Below, piece by piece: positions 32,744 to 36,655 of a stretch of DNA of 36,655 bases. The notes beneath the pieces are model-generated. The model saw nothing but the letters and a program-made list of their open reading frames with translations, ran no database searches and was not told where the DNA came from. The first letter of the stretch is position 1; each line of letters opens with the position of its first letter. Source of the DNA: a bacterium (GTDB lineage: Bacteria > Patescibacteriota > Minisyncoccia > Minisyncoccales > JAUYFS01); contig JAUYFS010000033.1 of NCBI GenBank assembly GCA_030689665.1, positions 1 to 36,655 on the forward strand. The letters are read 5' to 3'. Position numbers and translations under genes: made by a program.

Positions 32744-34114
32744 ATGGACAACAATACAATGCAAAAAATAATTTCATTATCCAAAAGAAGGGGATTTATT
32801 TTTCCTTCGTCGGAAATTTATGGGGGCATTGAAGGTTTTTGGGATTACGGGCCTTTGGGTTCATTGCTAAAAAACAACATAAAAAAACTTTGGCTGGAAA
32901 ATTTTGTGCAAAAAAGAAAAGACATTGTTTTAATTGACGGCAGCGTGATAATGAACACAAAAGTTTGGCAGGCATCAGGCCATTTGAGCGCTGGATTTGC
33001 CGATGAATTGGTTGAGTGCAAAAAATGCAAAAAAAGATTTAGATTTGACCACATGGAAGAATTAAAAGGAAAAGAATTTGAAAAAAATTGGCGCAAGTGT
33101 CCGGAGTGCGGCGAAATTATAAAAGAAATTCCGAGAAAATTTAATTTGATGCTTAAAACATTTGTTGGCGCGATTGAGGATGATGCGTCCCGAGCTTATT
33201 TAAGGCCAGAAACAGCGCAGTCAATGTTCACTAACTTCAAAAATGTTTTGAATTCTTCAAGAATGAAACTTCCTTTTGGCATTGCTCAAATCGGAAAATC
33301 TTTCAGAAACGAAATAAACACCGGCAATTTTATTTTCCGTTCCAGAGAATTTGAAATCGCGGAAATTGAATATTTCACAAACCCGAAAGACGACGAAAAG
33401 TTCTTTGATTTGTGGTTTAAAGAATGGAATGATTTTATTTTGAAGCTAGGCGTTAAAAAGGGGAATCTTAGGGAAAAAGAGCACAAAAAAGAGGATTTGG
33501 CGCATTATTCAAAAAGAACAACTGATATTGAATATAATTTTCCTTTTGGCTGGTCTGAGTTGGCAGGAGTTGCTAATAGAACTGATTTTGATTTAAAACA
33601 GCATTCTGAATTTTCAGGAGAAAGTTTAAAATATCTTGAAGAAGAAGGGGGAAAAGAATTTTTCCCGTATGTCATTGAACCAACCATAGGCATAGACAGA
33701 TTGTTTTTAACGATTTTAGCTGACGCTTACAGCGAAATAAGCGGCGGTAGGGCGGGAGAAAAAAGCAATACTAAACAAGAAGCAGAGGTTGTTTTGAAGC
33801 TTCACAAAAAATTAGCTCCGATTACTGTCGCGGTTTTGCCGCTGGTTAAAAACAAAAAAGAAATAACGAAAAAATCAGAGCAAGTTTATGATTTATTGAG
33901 AAATTATTTTGTTGTTCAATACGACGAAACAGGTTCAATTGGCCGTCGCTACAGAAGACAGGATGAAATTGGTACCCCATACTGCGTAACCATTGATTTT
34001 GATACCCTAGAAGACGATACGGTAACAGTAAGGGACAGGGATACAATGAAACAGGAAGAAAGAGTAAAAATCAGCGAACTTCCGGAAAAAATACAAAAAT
34101 ATCTAAACGATTAA
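32744..34114 (+). CDS. glyQS: Glycine--tRNA ligase, alpha2 type
   Basis: KRRGFIFPSSEIYGG, YLRPETAQ, QIGKSFRNE, FRSREFE, IGRRYRRQDEIGTP. Confidence 0.96.
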   Translation: MDNNTMQKIISLSKRRGFIFPSSEIYGGIEGFWDYGPLGSLLKNNIKKLWLENFVQKRKDIVLIDGSVIMNTKVWQASGHLSAGFADELVECKKCKKRFRFDHMEELKGKEFEKNWRKCPECGEIIKEIPRKFNLMLKTFVGAIEDDASRAYLRPETAQSMFTNFKNVLNSSRMKLPFGIAQIGKSFRNEINTGNFIFRSREFEIAEIEYFTNPKDDEKFFDLWFKEWNDFILKLGVKKGNLREKEHKKEDLAHYSKRTTDIEYNFPFGWSELAGVANRTDFDLKQHSEFSGESLKYLEEEGGKEFFPYVIEPTIGIDRLFLTILADAYSEISGGRAGEKSNTKQEAEVVLKLHKKLAPITVAVLPLVKNKKEITKKSEQVYDLLRNYFVVQYDETGSIGRRYRRQDEIGTPYCVTIDFDTLEDDTVTVRDRDTMKQEERVKISELPEKIQKYLND

Positions 34115-34126
34115 AAGGCGATTATT

Positions 34127-35389
34127 ATGTTTTTTGAAAAAATAAAACTGCCAAACAAGGTAAGATTAATTCTTGTGCCTGATAAAAATGTTAATAGCGT
34201 GACTGTTTTGGGTTTGGTACGAATTGGTTCGCGATATGAAACAGAAAAAAACAACGGCGTTTCCCATTTTTTGGAGCATATGGTTTTTAAGGGAACTGAA
34301 AAAAGAAAAACGCCGCTAGAACTTATTGAAGTTTTGGATAAAATAGGAGGTGATTACAATGCTTTTACGGATAAAGAAATTACCGGCTTTCATGCTAAAG
34401 TTGATAAATCTCATATTGAAACAGCAATTGATTGGGTTTCCGAGTTGATTATTAGCCCCTTGCTTAAAGAAGAAGACCTTGAAAGAGAAAAAGGAGTTAT
34501 ATTAGAAGAGATTAAAATGTATTTGGACACGCCGATGAGTTTTATTTCCGATTTGTGGGAAAAGTTGCTTTATGGCGAACAACCATTGGGAAGATTGGGG
34601 TTGGGAAAAGAAGAAATTATAAAGAAAATGAAAATTCAACAAATGGTTGATTATTATCAAAATTATTATTCGTCTGAAAATTTGGTAATTGTAATAAGCG
34701 GTAATTTTAAAAAAGAAGAAGCGTGGAAACTAGTTAAAAGATATTTTTTAAAGATTGGCCGAAAAAAAATAAATAATCCAATAAAAATCAAAGAAATCCA
34801 GAAAAAACCAGAATCTTTCATAAATTTCAAGGAAACCGACCAAACTCATCTTTGTTTGGGGGTGAAAACCTATGATTTATTTCACAAGGACAGATATGTG
34901 CTGGATGTTATGTCCGTGATTTTAGGAGGAAATATGAGCTCTCGGCTTTTCTTGGAAATTAGAGAAAAAAGGGGTTTAGCTTATTATGTGAGAACCGCAA
35001 CTTCAAAGTATTTGGATACAGGAAGCTTATTTACTCAAGCTGGCGTGGCTCATAATAATTTAGAAAAAACAGCAAAAATAATACTGGAAAATTACAAAAA
35101 ATTAAAAGAAGAAATAGTTCCTGATGATGAGTTAAAAAAAGCCAAAGAGTATATAAAAGGAATTTCAACCATAGGAATGGAAAGCACTGACGCTAAAGCG
35201 CTTTTTTTCGGGATGCAGGAAGTTTTAACGAATAAAATAGTTTCTTTGGAAGAAAGGTTTAAAAAAATTGATAAAGTCAGTAAAATGGATATAAAGAGGG
35301 TTGCTAATGACATTTTTTGTCCAGAAAAATTGAATTTAGCAATTATCGGTCCTCACAAAATTAAAAAGGTCTCTTTTCTAAAAATTTAA
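34127..35389 (+). CDS. M16 family zinc peptidase
   Basis: GSRYE, HFLEHMVFKGT (HxxEH), NAFT, SSRLFLEIREKRGLAY. Confidence 0.94.
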   Translation: MFFEKIKLPNKVRLILVPDKNVNSVTVLGLVRIGSRYETEKNNGVSHFLEHMVFKGTEKRKTPLELIEVLDKIGGDYNAFTDKEITGFHAKVDKSHIETAIDWVSELIISPLLKEEDLEREKGVILEEIKMYLDTPMSFISDLWEKLLYGEQPLGRLGLGKEEIIKKMKIQQMVDYYQNYYSSENLVIVISGNFKKEEAWKLVKRYFLKIGRKKINNPIKIKEIQKKPESFINFKETDQTHLCLGVKTYDLFHKDRYVLDVMSVILGGNMSSRLFLEIREKRGLAYYVRTATSKYLDTGSLFTQAGVAHNNLEKTAKIILENYKKLKEEIVPDDELKKAKEYIKGISTIGMESTDAKALFFGMQEVLTNKIVSLEERFKKIDKVSKMDIKRVANDIFCPEKLNLAIIGPHKIKKVSFLKI

Positions 35390-35400
35390 TTTAAAATTTT

Positions 35401-36655
<1,255 letters not shown>

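Noticed and set aside
33735-33790. GC-rich insert in glyQS (ISGGRAGEKSNTKQE) as a repeat insertion
   Set aside because: Not palindromic and no match to the repeat families; probably an ordinary variable loop
591-35313. Numerous 60-140 aa minus-strand and nested ORFs in the track
   Set aside because: They are shadows of well-supported + strand genes with no motifs; only rpmB is accepted on the minus strand

Overview
Low-GC, gene-dense bacterial chromosome segment, almost entirely + strand. Gene content and style point to Patescibacteria/CPR (Parcubacteria-like); this is an inference from A/T-rich leaders that mostly lack SD motifs, a monoderm-type type IV pilus cluster, alpha2-type GlyRS and a UvrD-nuclease fusion. 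Genes in order: end of an RRM protein, UvrD/PD-(D/E)XK helicase-nuclease, SDR, CapA family, pilin-like beta-propeller, RluA, a putative RNase, korAB, ybaB, greA, prmC-like, acyP, SNase-LTD, iscS/iscU, a histidine kinase and receiver, pilB-pilC-four pilin-like genes-pilMNO, ndk, malic enzyme, ychF, rpmB, M50 protease, Ig-like protein, glyQS, M16 peptidase, AI-2E transporter and the start of metG. No rRNA, tRNA, CRISPR array or transposase was seen. Most novelty is non-coding. (1) There are several dispersed palindromic element families. The main one has TTYACCC...GGGTRAA ends, with 8 full copies and 1 half copy in 37-bp and 107-115-bp forms. A sister family shares its termini. GGGATCCC-joined hairpins and TCCGCC..GGCGGA palindromes also occur. 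These elements nest, form repeated composites, sit just before start codons and enter coding sequence. (2) A ~60-nt three-way-junction RNA with its own sigma70-like promoter is transcribed convergently toward a putative BECR/RelE-like RNase gene, a candidate RNA-antitoxin module. (3) There are two long orphan hairpins and several small ORFs missed by the ORF track. All calls come from reading the sequence; no database searches were run.
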